Shown: one piece after another, positions 28,279 through 37,780 of the stretch
Layout: every line of letters begins with the position of its first letter
Numbering within the stretch: position 1 is the stretch's first letter
The notes under the pieces: generated by a model
Told to the model about the DNA's origin: nothing
The model's database searches: none
What the model saw: only the letters and a program-made list of their open reading frames with translations
Assembly (NCBI GenBank): GCA_037444485.1
Contig: JBBIMI010000001.1
Span: 15,526 to 79,525 of the forward strand
DNA length: 64,000 nucleotides
Origin: Candidatus Micrarchaeota archaeon
GTDB taxonomy: Archaea; Micrarchaeota; Micrarchaeia; Norongarragalinales; Norongarragalinaceae
Reading direction: 5' to 3'
Translations under genes and position numbers: made by a program

Positions 28279-29070
28279 ATGCCTTTGATTCTCTACACTA
28301 CGGAAGACATTGCGGGAACGAACGCCGCGCGCATTCTGAAAGAAAATTATGGCTTTAAACAAACTGAAGACTTGCAGATTAAAGACAAGACCTTCAAAAC
28401 CTGGTATGACCATGAAATCCAACTGATCGAACTAAATACGCGCCTGGCGTTCGACAGCAACTGGCTCAATGATTACTTCGCGAGCGACTTGCTCGTGTTT
28501 GCTTCCCGCCACTGCAGTGAAACAAGTAAACCCTGCCTTACCACGCACACTACTGGCGATTGGGCCAGCGGCGAATTGAGTGCAACCAGCGCGTTCGCCG
28601 TAAAAACCGCTTTCTTGTTCTTCAAACAAAACCCGCTTGAAGGATTTAGCGTTTCACTGGAAGCAACCCACCACCAGCCTTGGAATTTAACCACCCCCTC
28701 ACTCTTCATTGAAGTTGGAAGCAGCGAAAACGAGTGGCGCGACGAAAGAGCTTGCGCGCTCTTAGCAGAATGCGTTATTGAAACAGCGAAAAACTATTCG
28801 AATGCGAGCGGAAAAAGCGCGTTAGGGTTCGGCGCCGGCCACTATGCGCCAACGTTCAACGAACTCGAAGCAAGCGATTACAGTTTTTCATTCATTGCTC
28901 CAAAACACTCACTCGACTTCGTAACAACTAATTTAATCAAGCAAGCAGTTGCAAAAACGCGTGAAGGCGTTGAAGTAGCAGCAATCGATTGGAAGGGCTG
29001 CAGCGGCGAGCAACGCAAGAAAGTGATTCAAGCTTGCGAAGAAATCAGCTTGCCTTGGGAGAAGGTTTAA
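28279..29070 (+). CDS. dtdA: Archaeal-type D-aminoacyl-tRNA deacylase (DtdA)-like protein.
   Basis: SRHCSE...TTHTTGDW...EATHHQP segments resemble the archaeal tRNA_deacylase family. This call is from memory and uncertain. Confidence 0.45.
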   Translation: MPLILYTTEDIAGTNAARILKENYGFKQTEDLQIKDKTFKTWYDHEIQLIELNTRLAFDSNWLNDYFASDLLVFASRHCSETSKPCLTTHTTGDWASGELSATSAFAVKTAFLFFKQNPLEGFSVSLEATHHQPWNLTTPSLFIEVGSSENEWRDERACALLAECVIETAKNYSNASGKSALGFGAGHYAPTFNELEASDYSFSFIAPKHSLDFVTTNLIKQAVAKTREGVEVAAIDWKGCSGEQRKKVIQACEEISLPWEKV

Positions 29071-29122
29071 TTAGACAACGCGTTTTAAACATTTTAAATA
29101 ATTTGCAACCAAAACTGATTGC

Positions 29123-29686
29123 ATGGACGAGTATAAAGACAAACACAAAGGCGCGCAGCGACTCTATGTTTGCGACGAGCGTGGAAACACTAGCGGCGAG
29201 ATCGTAGAACGATGGAAAGCCCACACTACGCCTGGAGTCAAACACTTGGCTTTCGGAATTCTTGTTTTAAACGAAAAAAACGAGATAGTCTTACACAAGC
29301 GGCCAGCGCGCAAAGTCGGCGGCGGGGTTCTGGACATTCCCGTCAGCCACATTCTTGAAGGCGAAACTAGAGAACAAGCCATGAACCGTTGCTTGAAAGA
29401 AGAATACGGCATAACCGCAAAACGCTTCGAGCATTACCCCGGCTTTTCGTATTATGAAGAGTATCCTGACGGAACTTGCGAAAACGAGTACTGCTTGATA
29501 AGCGTGATAAGACACGAAGGCAAGTTTAAACCCAACCCGGAGGAAGTTGAAGGCGAACTAAAAGTTTTTCCAGCAAGTAAAGTCGTCAAAGAAATAAGAA
29601 AACATCCGCGGAAATACTCTATTTGGTTTAGGAAAGCGATAGAATTGTTAGCCAACGACGAGCGCGGCAGAAAACATTTGGTTTAA
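29123..29686 (+). CDS. idi: Isopentenyl-diphosphate delta-isomerase type 1 (Nudix family).
   Basis: HLAFGILVLNEKNEIVLHKRPARK..G.LDIPVSHILEGETREQAMNRCLKEEYGI...GTCENEYCLISV parallels E. coli Idi (HLAFS.WLFN...GHP..GE..A..RR...ELG...ENEVCPVF). Confidence 0.6.
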   Translation: MDEYKDKHKGAQRLYVCDERGNTSGEIVERWKAHTTPGVKHLAFGILVLNEKNEIVLHKRPARKVGGGVLDIPVSHILEGETREQAMNRCLKEEYGITAKRFEHYPGFSYYEEYPDGTCENEYCLISVIRHEGKFKPNPEEVEGELKVFPASKVVKEIRKHPRKYSIWFRKAIELLANDERGRKHLV

Positions 29687-29718
29687 AACATTTGGTTTAA
29701 ACTTATTGAGTGATAAAC

Positions 29719-30966
29719 TTATCGATTGAAAATAATCTCCATGCTTTCCGGCTCCAAGCGCACGCCTTCATTACTCACACCCAAATTAAGGACTTCAATC
29801 TTTTTTTCCTTATAACCGCGCCAGAATTCGCGCACTTTTTCCGCAGACTCTTCGCTTAAGCATATCGCGGCTATCGAGTCGCCGCCGCCAGCGCCTGGAA
29901 GCTTGGCGACGAAAGCGCCGTGCTTAAGCGATTCGTTGACGAGTTTGCTTAGTGTCGGGGGCTCTATTGGGGCGCCGCTTTTTTCGCCTAGTTCGCGCGT
30001 TAATTCGCGCCCGCGTTCGAATTCTTGTTTGAAGCGCGTGAATAACTCGAGTTCGCTTGATGGTTTTTGTGGTTTCTGTGTGGTTTTCTTTGATTCGGCG
30101 AGCGTGAGGGTTTTGGCGTAAAGCGAAGGGTTTTGTTTCGCGAGCGCATTGATTTTTTCGAGTAAAGCTATTGCTTTCGCGTTTGCTTCGTTGAGTTCCC
30201 GCATTAAATTCGCGTACTCTTGCGGGTTTGTTGTTTTCCACGCGTTTATTTTTTTAACCATTTCGCTGGTTGAAGCGCTTTCGCCGGCAATGTTTCCGAC
30301 TACTGCGGTGAAGGAGGGCGGCATTGCGAGTGGTTTTGAAGAGTAATCCCAAGCGCTCTCTAGAGCTTCCAGAAAGTCTTTCTTCTTTAAGATGCTTGGG
30401 CTGTAACGCGAGTAAACGTGTCCGCCGTAAGTTGCGGCGGCAACGTCGAAACCGCTGCCTATCTTGCCTTGCGCCACGCAGTGAACCAACTGCGCTGTTT
30501 TGTGCAGTAATTCTTTTTCTTTTAACGCGTCGATTCCGTGAAGCGCGAGTACCGCGGCTGTCGAGGCTACTGTGACTGCTGCTGAAGCGCCGAGTCCGGC
30601 TTTAGTAGCGCCTAGTCCGAATGCTGGGTCGCTGAACGTGGTTAATTCTATTCCGTTGAAAGAAATGTTTTTGCGGATAAAGTAATTGAAGCAAGTTTCG
30701 ACGGCGCCCCGCATGAATTTTGTGGCTGAATCTTGTTCTGGGGTTAACGGGTTTTTGAAAACCAGTTTGTTTAACTCGAATGCTGCTTCAGCGAACGCGT
30801 TGAATTGCGGGGCGTTTAACACGACCTTGTTTTCGTCAAGCTTTCGCGCGCGCACGAAAACGCGTTTGTTTACTCCGGTAACGAAGGAAACATTTGGTTT
30901 TTCGAGAACCGAATACCCGCCAATCCAAAGTATTTTCCCGGGCGCTGACGCAATGCAAGAATTCAT
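29719..30966 (-). CDS. Phosphomevalonate kinase (GHMP kinase, ERG8-like).
   Basis: SAPGKILWIGGYSVLE N-terminal signature of PMK. GHMP motif GLGASAAVTVA. Confidence 0.7.
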   Translation of the reverse strand: MNSCIASAPGKILWIGGYSVLEKPNVSFVTGVNKRVFVRARKLDENKVVLNAPQFNAFAEAAFELNKLVFKNPLTPEQDSATKFMRGAVETCFNYFIRKNISFNGIELTTFSDPAFGLGATKAGLGASAAVTVASTAAVLALHGIDALKEKELLHKTAQLVHCVAQGKIGSGFDVAAATYGGHVYSRYSPSILKKKDFLEALESAWDYSSKPLAMPPSFTAVVGNIAGESASTSEMVKKINAWKTTNPQEYANLMRELNEANAKAIALLEKINALAKQNPSLYAKTLTLAESKKTTQKPQKPSSELELFTRFKQEFERGRELTRELGEKSGAPIEPPTLSKLVNESLKHGAFVAKLPGAGGGDSIAAICLSEESAEKVREFWRGYKEKKIEVLNLGVSNEGVRLEPESMEIIFNR

Positions 30967-30970
30967 TTCA

Positions 30971-31738
30971 CTACCTTCTCAAGACTTCCTTCAACACTTG
31001 TTTAGCGTTTTCAAGAATAAAATCAGCTTGTTTTGCGAGTTCTTCACGCTTGCTGTTTCCAGTTAAAACGCCTATTGTTTTCACTCCAGCTCGTTTTCCA
31101 GCAATTATTCCTGCAAGCGAATCCTCTACGAGAACAACTTCTTGAGGGAAAACGCCTAGTTTTTTTAACGCGTAGTTTATCATTGACGGGCTTGGTTTTT
31201 CCTTTAAACGTTTTTCCTTCAAACCAGCGTCTTCAGTAACCAGCAAATCAACTTTAAAACCGAATTTCTTAATTAACGATGAAGCAAACAGTTTGTTGGC
31301 GTTCGTGATTATCACGGTTTTAAAGCCTTTATTACGCAGTTGTTTCAACAAACTCGCGGAACCCTGAATTTTTTTCGCGAGGTTCAAGAGTCTTCCAGGA
31401 TTCCTGCGAATTCTAGAGTACTCGCGGACAGCGACTTCACTTTCAACAAGTTCAGCTTTAGAAAGATTGTTTACCGCCTTGCGTAGTTTTACGCGTGTCG
31501 CTTGAAGACGCGCTCCGCTTCCCGCTTTCTTAATGCCTAACTTGTTTAAAGCGATGAGCGCTTTAAAAAAATCTTGTTTTTTATGAAACTCTGGAAGAGA
31601 GCGAATCGCGTAAACGTCGCGCACTCGAAAACACGGTTTTACGCCGGCGTGCGCTAAGGCTTTCTCTACAACCTTTTCTTGAAACCTACCGTAATCCACT
31701 AGCACTCCTTCGAGGTCGAAAAAAACGGCGCGAATCAA
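30971..31738 (-). CDS. HAD-superfamily hydrolase.
   Basis: VFFDLEGVLVD motif I and ITNANK/GVKTIG..TGN later HAD motifs. Sits between the MDD and PMK genes on the same strand. Confidence 0.65.
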   Translation of the reverse strand: MIRAVFFDLEGVLVDYGRFQEKVVEKALAHAGVKPCFRVRDVYAIRSLPEFHKKQDFFKALIALNKLGIKKAGSGARLQATRVKLRKAVNNLSKAELVESEVAVREYSRIRRNPGRLLNLAKKIQGSASLLKQLRNKGFKTVIITNANKLFASSLIKKFGFKVDLLVTEDAGLKEKRLKEKPSPSMINYALKKLGVFPQEVVLVEDSLAGIIAGKRAGVKTIGVLTGNSKREELAKQADFILENAKQVLKEVLRR

Positions 31739-31754
31739 ACGCAGACACCAACCT

Positions 31755-32828
31755 TTATTTCACGATTATTCTGCCGCTTGCCTCATCATACCAGTGTTCG
31801 CGAATGTTGCCGCTTGAGTCAAGCAAGTGTTCGTTAACGTACTTCGGCCCAAAACCAACTTTGCAAACCAGTATTTTCTGAACGCCTTCAACTTCAGCCA
31901 AAACTTTTTTTACTTCATCAACGTGTTTTTCAACAGTAAAAACGTGAGCGTTGGGGCCAGCGTCGAAAGTGTAACCAGCCTTTATTTCGCCCGCAGCGTT
32001 GTTAAAGTCTATTATTGAAGCCATTATTTGTTTTGAAACGTCGTTCAAATACGTTATTGGCGGCCACGTGTCGAGCATTACCGCGTGCATGTTGCTTGAT
32101 TCACGCATAGTCGCTTCGAGAAGCGTCGGCAAGTCTTTGCGTAGAATCGCGTTGCGCACGGTTTCAAGAGTCTTCGGCAAGTCTCGAAGCCGCTTTTGAT
32201 AAAGACTGCTTGTCGCCACCGTCTGCTTCATTCCAGCGCGAGAAGAAATTTTTTTCTTTCCTTGCTCTACGATTGCAATCACGTTACGCAACTCCAGCCA
32301 ATGCGACGGCGGCGCGATTTGAATTGCTAACGAATCGCTGCCGTCGCTCTTGACTCCGCGTTTCCACTCGACGAAACCGCCGAGAACACTGCGGCAAGCG
32401 CTGCCTGAACCCAAGCGCGCGAGAATAGATAATTCGCTTGAAGACAAGTTGAGGCCGGCTGCTTTGGAAGCAGCGCAAGCAAGCGCAGCCAAGCCGGCAG
32501 CGCTTGACGCGAAGCCAGCCGCGGTCGGAAAACAATTGAGTGAAACTATTCTTGCTTTTGCGTTTATTCCGGCTTTTTCTCGAATGACGTTCAATTGTTG
32601 CATGCGTTCAGCTGTTTCCTTGTCGTTCAAGTCAAGCTTTCTTCCATTCAACCAAACTTCGTCTTCCGCGAATTTTTCTGAAAACATGACGGTCGTACGC
32701 GTTTTCAGCGTTTCATCCATAGTCACAGAAATGCTTCCTTCCTGCGGCAGAATCAGTTTTTCGTCGCGTTTCCCCCAGTATTTTACTAACGCGATGTTTG
32801 CAGTTGCTTCAACAGTTGAAATACTCAT
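31755..32828 (-). CDS. mvd: Diphosphomevalonate decarboxylase.
   Basis: ANIALVKYWGKRDE signature. GHMP GFASSAAGLAALA. Confidence 0.8.
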   Translation of the reverse strand: MSISTVEATANIALVKYWGKRDEKLILPQEGSISVTMDETLKTRTTVMFSEKFAEDEVWLNGRKLDLNDKETAERMQQLNVIREKAGINAKARIVSLNCFPTAAGFASSAAGLAALACAASKAAGLNLSSSELSILARLGSGSACRSVLGGFVEWKRGVKSDGSDSLAIQIAPPSHWLELRNVIAIVEQGKKKISSRAGMKQTVATSSLYQKRLRDLPKTLETVRNAILRKDLPTLLEATMRESSNMHAVMLDTWPPITYLNDVSKQIMASIIDFNNAAGEIKAGYTFDAGPNAHVFTVEKHVDEVKKVLAEVEGVQKILVCKVGFGPKYVNEHLLDSSGNIREHWYDEASGRIIVK

Positions 32829-33726
32829 TTAATCCCCCCTCGCTGCGTTTCAAGAGTTCTTTAACGTAATTGATTGAGTCAAACAGTATTCTGCGCTCGC
32901 ACGCATTTAATCGTTTATCTTCAGCGAAAAGCTTTAAATCGCGTTCGAAAAAACGCTTGAATTTTTTAACTGCTTGTTTTTCTGGAATGCGTTTCTTTCC
33001 ACAATCGTAAAAAAAGTTTAACACTGCTAATGCGCCGACACGTTTCAACCAACTGCGGACAAGCGGGTTTTCAACCCCGGCCTCCCGCTGCAAAACACGC
33101 ACGTACTCGGAAACAAAGCTTAAAGAATCGCGCGCTTCAGGAAAAACTTGCAACAACAACCGGCCAGCAGAACTTTTCAAAAACGTTTTCGACTTACGCA
33201 AGCGTTTTTTGTAGTAAGAGATTATTGTTGCAGCGTTGAGAGGCGCGCCGCTCTCGCCGAGATACAAGTTTCTTCGAAAAACAATGTGTTCCGCAAACTG
33301 GTCTAGTTTGTCAGCTGCCTTCAATGCTCGCCCTACAAGGGAAGAAACACGTTTCACTCTCCGAAAACCATTCGGGGAAAGCCCAAACGAATGCGAAGCG
33401 ATAGCGTCACAAACCAATTTCACTTCTTCAACCGAAAAACCGTATTTCGGCAGTATGCTTGCAGCCGCTTGCGCGGAAGCGACTTCATGCTCGTCCGCTA
33501 AACCCATCTTTTTTAAAAGGTTTTCAGGAATCCGCAGCCAATCGTGAAACAAGCCGGCTATAAATCCAAGTTCCTGCTCACGCAGCGAACCACCGCCTTT
33601 TTTTACGAGCTCGCGAGTCAAAAGCGCTACGGGCAGGATGTGCTCGCGCCAAGAGTGAACCTTCGAATGCAATCCCTTCCGCGTTCTCTCCTCGTAATGC
33701 TTTTCAGCAAAACTAGTCAATTTCAT
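32809..33726 (-). CDS. HD-domain-like hypothetical protein.
   Basis: HSWREHILPVALLTREL ... GLFHDWLRIPE ... D. 305-aa ORF. The 3' end overlaps the mvd start by about 20 nt. Confidence 0.4.
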   Translation of the reverse strand: MKLTSFAEKHYEERTRKGLHSKVHSWREHILPVALLTRELVKKGGGSLREQELGFIAGLFHDWLRIPENLLKKMGLADEHEVASAQAAASILPKYGFSVEEVKLVCDAIASHSFGLSPNGFRRVKRVSSLVGRALKAADKLDQFAEHIVFRRNLYLGESGAPLNAATIISYYKKRLRKSKTFLKSSAGRLLLQVFPEARDSLSFVSEYVRVLQREAGVENPLVRSWLKRVGALAVLNFFYDCGKKRIPEKQAVKKFKRFFERDLKLFAEDKRLNACERRILFDSINYVKELLKRSEGGLNEYFNC

Positions 33727-33789
33727 TCTTGGAATACCGTTTTAGATTACTTTTAGATTACTGCGTTTACTGCGAATATCGCCGTATTT

Positions 33790-34935
33790 CTATAGGCGGT
33801 TCACTATTTTCTCGAACTCTTCGCGGGCTTTACGCTTTGATTCAGCTTCAATTTCAGAAACCCACTTGCCCGCGTATTCGCCTGAAGGCTTGGCGTAAAC
33901 GTCAGGGTGCGCGTAATGCAAGACGAGTTGAGCTGCTTGATTCGCTTTTTCCTTGCTTATTGAAGAAATCATTTTTTTAGAATCTTTAGGAATGTTTTCC
34001 TTAATTTTTTCAGAAAACTCTTCCAATCCAGGGTAGCCGTGATTCAACCCAAATTCTAGGAGTTCGTCCTCTGATTCGAAGTTGAAGTGTTTTATCAAGC
34101 TGTAGTAAACGTCTTCCTCCATTTTTCGCATTCTGTTAACTTCACTCACCAATTCTGGCGGGTAGTCTGAAGCAGTTTTCTTTGCTCTAATCCTCAGCAG
34201 CGACTCCAGCAGGAAAGCGAGTTTTTTAGTATCAGCGACAGTGAATTTTCTTTCCTCTCGCATACCCAAAAGTTTTTCGACGAAAGGCTTCATTTCTAGA
34301 TCGGTATCGTGTCTTTTTCCAGCTACGAATTCCGCTCGTCTTTTCACTACTGTAGCGCCGAGTCCTTCAGGCCCCTTGTCACCCCAAGTCAAGCCAAGCA
34401 ATACTATTTTCTCTAACAAGGGCTTGTTCTCGTCCTCTAATTTTTCTCTTATTTTTTCTAACGACAACTCGTTGTCTTGAATGGCTTTCGTAATTGCATT
34501 GAATTCAGAATCGGTTAAGAACGTCAACCCAGTTTCATCCTCCTTGATTTTTCCTTCACGAATTTGCTTCAACCACGCGCTCCTGCGCTTTTCAAGCAGT
34601 CTTACAGTCTTGAAACCGTCAGACTGACTTAATGCAGACAATCCGGTTTTTCCAGTTTCTCCCGCTCGCCTTATTAAATCGTGAACAATCGCGGCAATTC
34701 CAGCCAAGTTCGCTAAAGCCTTTACGGAATCAGAATTCAAGCGTTGCTTGCGCGCGTTTTCTTCAGCGACCCGCATTGCTTCTAAAGCAGCTGGATAAAC
34801 GTGGTCCCGCGCGTGAGCGGGCTCTCGCCCGCCGCTCTTTTCAAGAGTATCGTAGGCTTTGTTGAAGTACGAAAAAACTTTTTTTAAAGCCTTGGTTGTC
34901 CGTTTTCTCGCTTCACTCGGGTTTTCAAACACCAT
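33790..34935 (-). CDS. Hypothetical protein with a possible HD-like metal site.
   Basis: 381-aa ORF. AHARDHVYPAALEAM...AIVHDLIRR. Confidence 0.4.
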   Translation of the reverse strand: MVFENPSEARKRTTKALKKVFSYFNKAYDTLEKSGGREPAHARDHVYPAALEAMRVAEENARKQRLNSDSVKALANLAGIAAIVHDLIRRAGETGKTGLSALSQSDGFKTVRLLEKRRSAWLKQIREGKIKEDETGLTFLTDSEFNAITKAIQDNELSLEKIREKLEDENKPLLEKIVLLGLTWGDKGPEGLGATVVKRRAEFVAGKRHDTDLEMKPFVEKLLGMREERKFTVADTKKLAFLLESLLRIRAKKTASDYPPELVSEVNRMRKMEEDVYYSLIKHFNFESEDELLEFGLNHGYPGLEEFSEKIKENIPKDSKKMISSISKEKANQAAQLVLHYAHPDVYAKPSGEYAGKWVSEIEAESKRKAREEFEKIVNRL

Positions 34936-35149
34936 GAATTAAATTTGAGTAAACTGATTTTATAAACGTTTACGCAATAAACGTTTGCGTATTGGCTCGC
35001 ATACAGATTATTGTTTTAAACAATTTTTTCAAGAAACAGGAAACAATTTTTTTCAACAATTTTTTTTCAATAAATATTTTTTCAACAAACAAAGAACAAT
35101 TATTTTTAAAACAAGAATAATTATTTTCAACAAGTAGTGGGAAAAACGA

Positions 35150-36232
35150 ATGGCGAACAATTTCGTAAAAATAATTGCGAGCGCGCCGAACAAAATTCAT
35201 GTTGCTGGCGAGCACAGCGTCGTTTACGGTGGAATAGCTTTAATCGCTCCAGTTGAAGTGGATGAAAAACGCAACGTTGTGGAATTAATCGCTGAACCCG
35301 GCCAGCCTCAGCTAGAGTTTATAGGAAAAGGTTACGGAAAAACCGGGAGGGCAGTACTGCATGCTGACGGGACGATGAACGGGGACAACGAATGGAAGCC
35401 GATGCTTGAAGTAGCGCAACACGTTTTAGAAGACTGCGAAAAAAACTTGAAAGACTTGAATACTAGTATAACCGCTGAACGGTTTTTCAGTGGTGCGCCG
35501 AAAGGAACAGGCAATTCAGCTTCAATTCCAGCAGCATTCGCTTCCGCGTTATACGCGTTTTTGGGAAAAAAACCAAGCAAGCAAGAACTTTACGATGCGG
35601 CTTTCATTGCGGACAACGCGTGGCATGGCGGAAAGTCAAGCGGTGGAGACGTGCAAGCAGTAATTTCGAACCATCCACAAAAATTCTGGAGAGAATTCAC
35701 TCGAAAAGGCGTAAAACCACGTTACCAAGACTTTAGTGGAACGCTTCCGAAAAACACTGTTTTAGTGTTAATAGATTCTTTCAGGGGTGTTGGAGAGAAA
35801 TCCACTACGGCGCTCCAAATCGAGAAATTCGCTGCAGCTAACGGAATAACTAGAAAACCTTTCGAATTAACTGAACAGGAAAGAAAAAAAATATGTAAGC
35901 CTTACGATGAAGTCATCGAAAAAATAGAAAGCGAAATGCGTTTTGACGGAAACCCTGAAAAACTCGGGGCATACTTCAACGAAAACCACGAGTTACTGAA
36001 AAAATCAAATGTTTCAAGTCCAGACATTGAAGAAGCTATTTCAGTAAGCAAGCGAAACGGCGCTCTAGGAGCGAAACTAATCGGCGCCGGAGGCGTTGGG
36101 GGGGCAGTCATAGCCCTCTGCATGCGAGAAAAAACGCGTTTAATAACGAATGCGCTTGCGGAAAAAAAATTTAATAGTTGGACGGTCAAATTCGCTGAAA
36201 AAGGAGCTTGCGTGGATTCGATGCAAAAATGA
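35150..36232 (+). CDS. mvk: Mevalonate kinase.
   Basis: SAPNKIHVAGEHSVVYGG N-terminal GHMP signature. GTGNSASIPAAFASALY. C-terminal GAKLIGAGGVGGAVIAL. Confidence 0.8.
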   Translation: MANNFVKIIASAPNKIHVAGEHSVVYGGIALIAPVEVDEKRNVVELIAEPGQPQLEFIGKGYGKTGRAVLHADGTMNGDNEWKPMLEVAQHVLEDCEKNLKDLNTSITAERFFSGAPKGTGNSASIPAAFASALYAFLGKKPSKQELYDAAFIADNAWHGGKSSGGDVQAVISNHPQKFWREFTRKGVKPRYQDFSGTLPKNTVLVLIDSFRGVGEKSTTALQIEKFAAANGITRKPFELTEQERKKICKPYDEVIEKIESEMRFDGNPEKLGAYFNENHELLKKSNVSSPDIEEAISVSKRNGALGAKLIGAGGVGGAVIALCMREKTRLITNALAEKKFNSWTVKFAEKGACVDSMQK

Positions 36233-36280
36233 TATTTTGGATGGAGTCAAGTGATGGGCTCGTATTAAAATAATAGTAAT

Positions 36281-36989
36281 ATGAAAATGAAAACTTTTGT
36301 TATAGGCGTTGACGAAGCGGGCAGATTGCAATAACTCAAGTTATTGCAAGCCAAAAGGACCCGTCATCGGCCCACTAGTAGTCTGCGCTTTCGCCGCGCC
36401 AGAGTCTTCGCTTTCTTCACTCAAGAGCGCGGGTGTCAAGGATTCTAAGTTGCTGACGCCTGAAAAGCGCGAGGCGCTCGCGCGCGAGTTGCGCGCGTTT
36501 CCGCACGCCCTCGCCGTCGTCACCGCGCGGGAAATTACTGAGGAAATGGCGCGCAAGGTTTCATTGAATGAAGTGGAAGCGCGCTTCATGGCTAGCGTGA
36601 TTCAAGCAGTCGTAGAGAAAGTTGGTTTCGAGAACGTGGCGCGAATCATGGTTGATTCTCCTGACCCGACTACAGTAAAGTTTAAAGCGCGGTTGCGCAA
36701 GTATTACGACGCTGATTCGAAAGTTCATTGCGAACACAAGGCGGACTTGCGTTATACTGAAGTAGGCGCTGCTTCAATTCTAGCGAAAGTCTTGCGCGAC
36801 GCTGAAGTCGCTAAAATCAAGGAGTTGTTCGGTGAAGACTTTGGAACAGGGTATAGTCACGATGCGGCGACGATCGCATTCCTGAAAAAACACTTGCGTG
36901 ACCCGCGGCTCACGGAATTCGTGCGGTGGAAGTGGAGCACCGCAAAAAAATTGAGGGTCACGCAGTTAGAGTTAAACAAATTCCTATAA
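36281..36989 (+). CDS. rnhB: Ribonuclease HII, with its reading frame interrupted by a 31-nt insertion (36326..36356).
   Basis: Exon-like part 1 encodes MKMKTFVIGVDEAGR (36281..36325). Part 2 from 36357 encodes GPVIGPLVV...DSKLL... Together they give the canonical GxDEAGRGPVIGPLV RNase HII N-terminus. Unspliced, the frame hits TAA at 36332. Confidence 0.7.
36326..36356 (+). other. 31-nt intervening sequence inside rnhB, containing a perfect 10-bp inverted repeat (ttgcaataac-tcaa-gttattgcaa) plus gccaaaa.
   Basis: Read directly. Its precise excision (31 = 3n+1) restores the frame and the conserved motif. Confidence 0.7.
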
Positions 36990-37044
36990 ACTTTAGGATT
37001 CTGTAACTTTAGAATTAAGTGAGTATAAATTTAAGATTAAGCAG

Positions 37045-37761
37045 TTAAGCTGGAATGCTTTCAGCGCTTGCCGTGGTCTGCTCGCCAGTTGGTTCACCTT
37101 CTTCCGCGCCTTCCTTCACGCTGGCAGCAGCTTCCGCGTTCTCCACGCTTTCCGCACTTTCTAGCTGCTGGGCTTCTGTAATGTCGAATTCTTCGTACAA
37201 CTCGCTCTTGTAAACCTCGACGCGGCGCAGCGGCATGAATTTCTTGAGCTTGCCGTAAAGCTCTGTTCCCGCCTTGCCCCAAAGCACTTCTTGAATGAAT
37301 TTACCGAATTCCTGTCTCGCGGCTTTCTTCTTCAACTCGCTCGCCAACGCGTTGCGTAAAAGCCGTTTTTGCGTTTCGCTGCAAGGAACGTTCGTGACTA
37401 TGAGGACTTTGACCGTAAAATCGATTCCGTCACTCGATTTTACTGGCAGGATTACGCGCAACGCTTCCCTGCGCCTGCGCACTAGAGTGCTCAAGTACTC
37501 GCGCGCGATCTCGTGGCCAATGAATTTCGTGAATGCGGTGCGTCCCTTGATTTCGCTGACGCGCAAGCGAATGTTTACGTAAACGTGACTCAAGTCATGA
37601 GTCACTTCACGCAATGGAAGCGTGATTACGCGGTTCATTAAGTGTTGCTCGTCGCTGGCAGGCACTCGCGCGACTTCCACTTCACCCAAGAATTTTGGTG
37701 CAATAATCGCGTACCAAGATTTGGTGCGCCAAGTGTCAACCGGTTTTTTGGTTACAACCAA
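37045..37761 (-). CDS. rps3ae: 30S ribosomal protein S3Ae (eS1).
   Basis: KSWYAIIAPKFLGE...EVTHDLSHVYVNIRLRV...GKFIQEVLWGKAGTELYGKLKKFMP. Confidence 0.85.
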   Translation of the reverse strand: MVVTKKPVDTWRTKSWYAIIAPKFLGEVEVARVPASDEQHLMNRVITLPLREVTHDLSHVYVNIRLRVSEIKGRTAFTKFIGHEIAREYLSTLVRRRREALRVILPVKSSDGIDFTVKVLIVTNVPCSETQKRLLRNALASELKKKAARQEFGKFIQEVLWGKAGTELYGKLKKFMPLRRVEVYKSELYEEFDITEAQQLESAESVENAEAAASVKEGAEEGEPTGEQTTASAESIPA

Positions 37762-37780
37762 ATAAAAACACCTTCAACCT

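Noticed and set aside
36326-36356. Treating the rnhB interruption as a simple sequencing error
   Set aside because: Homopolymer errors give 1-2 nt indels. This is a clean 31-nt block with a perfect 10-bp palindrome, so it is reported as a real insertion or intervening sequence.
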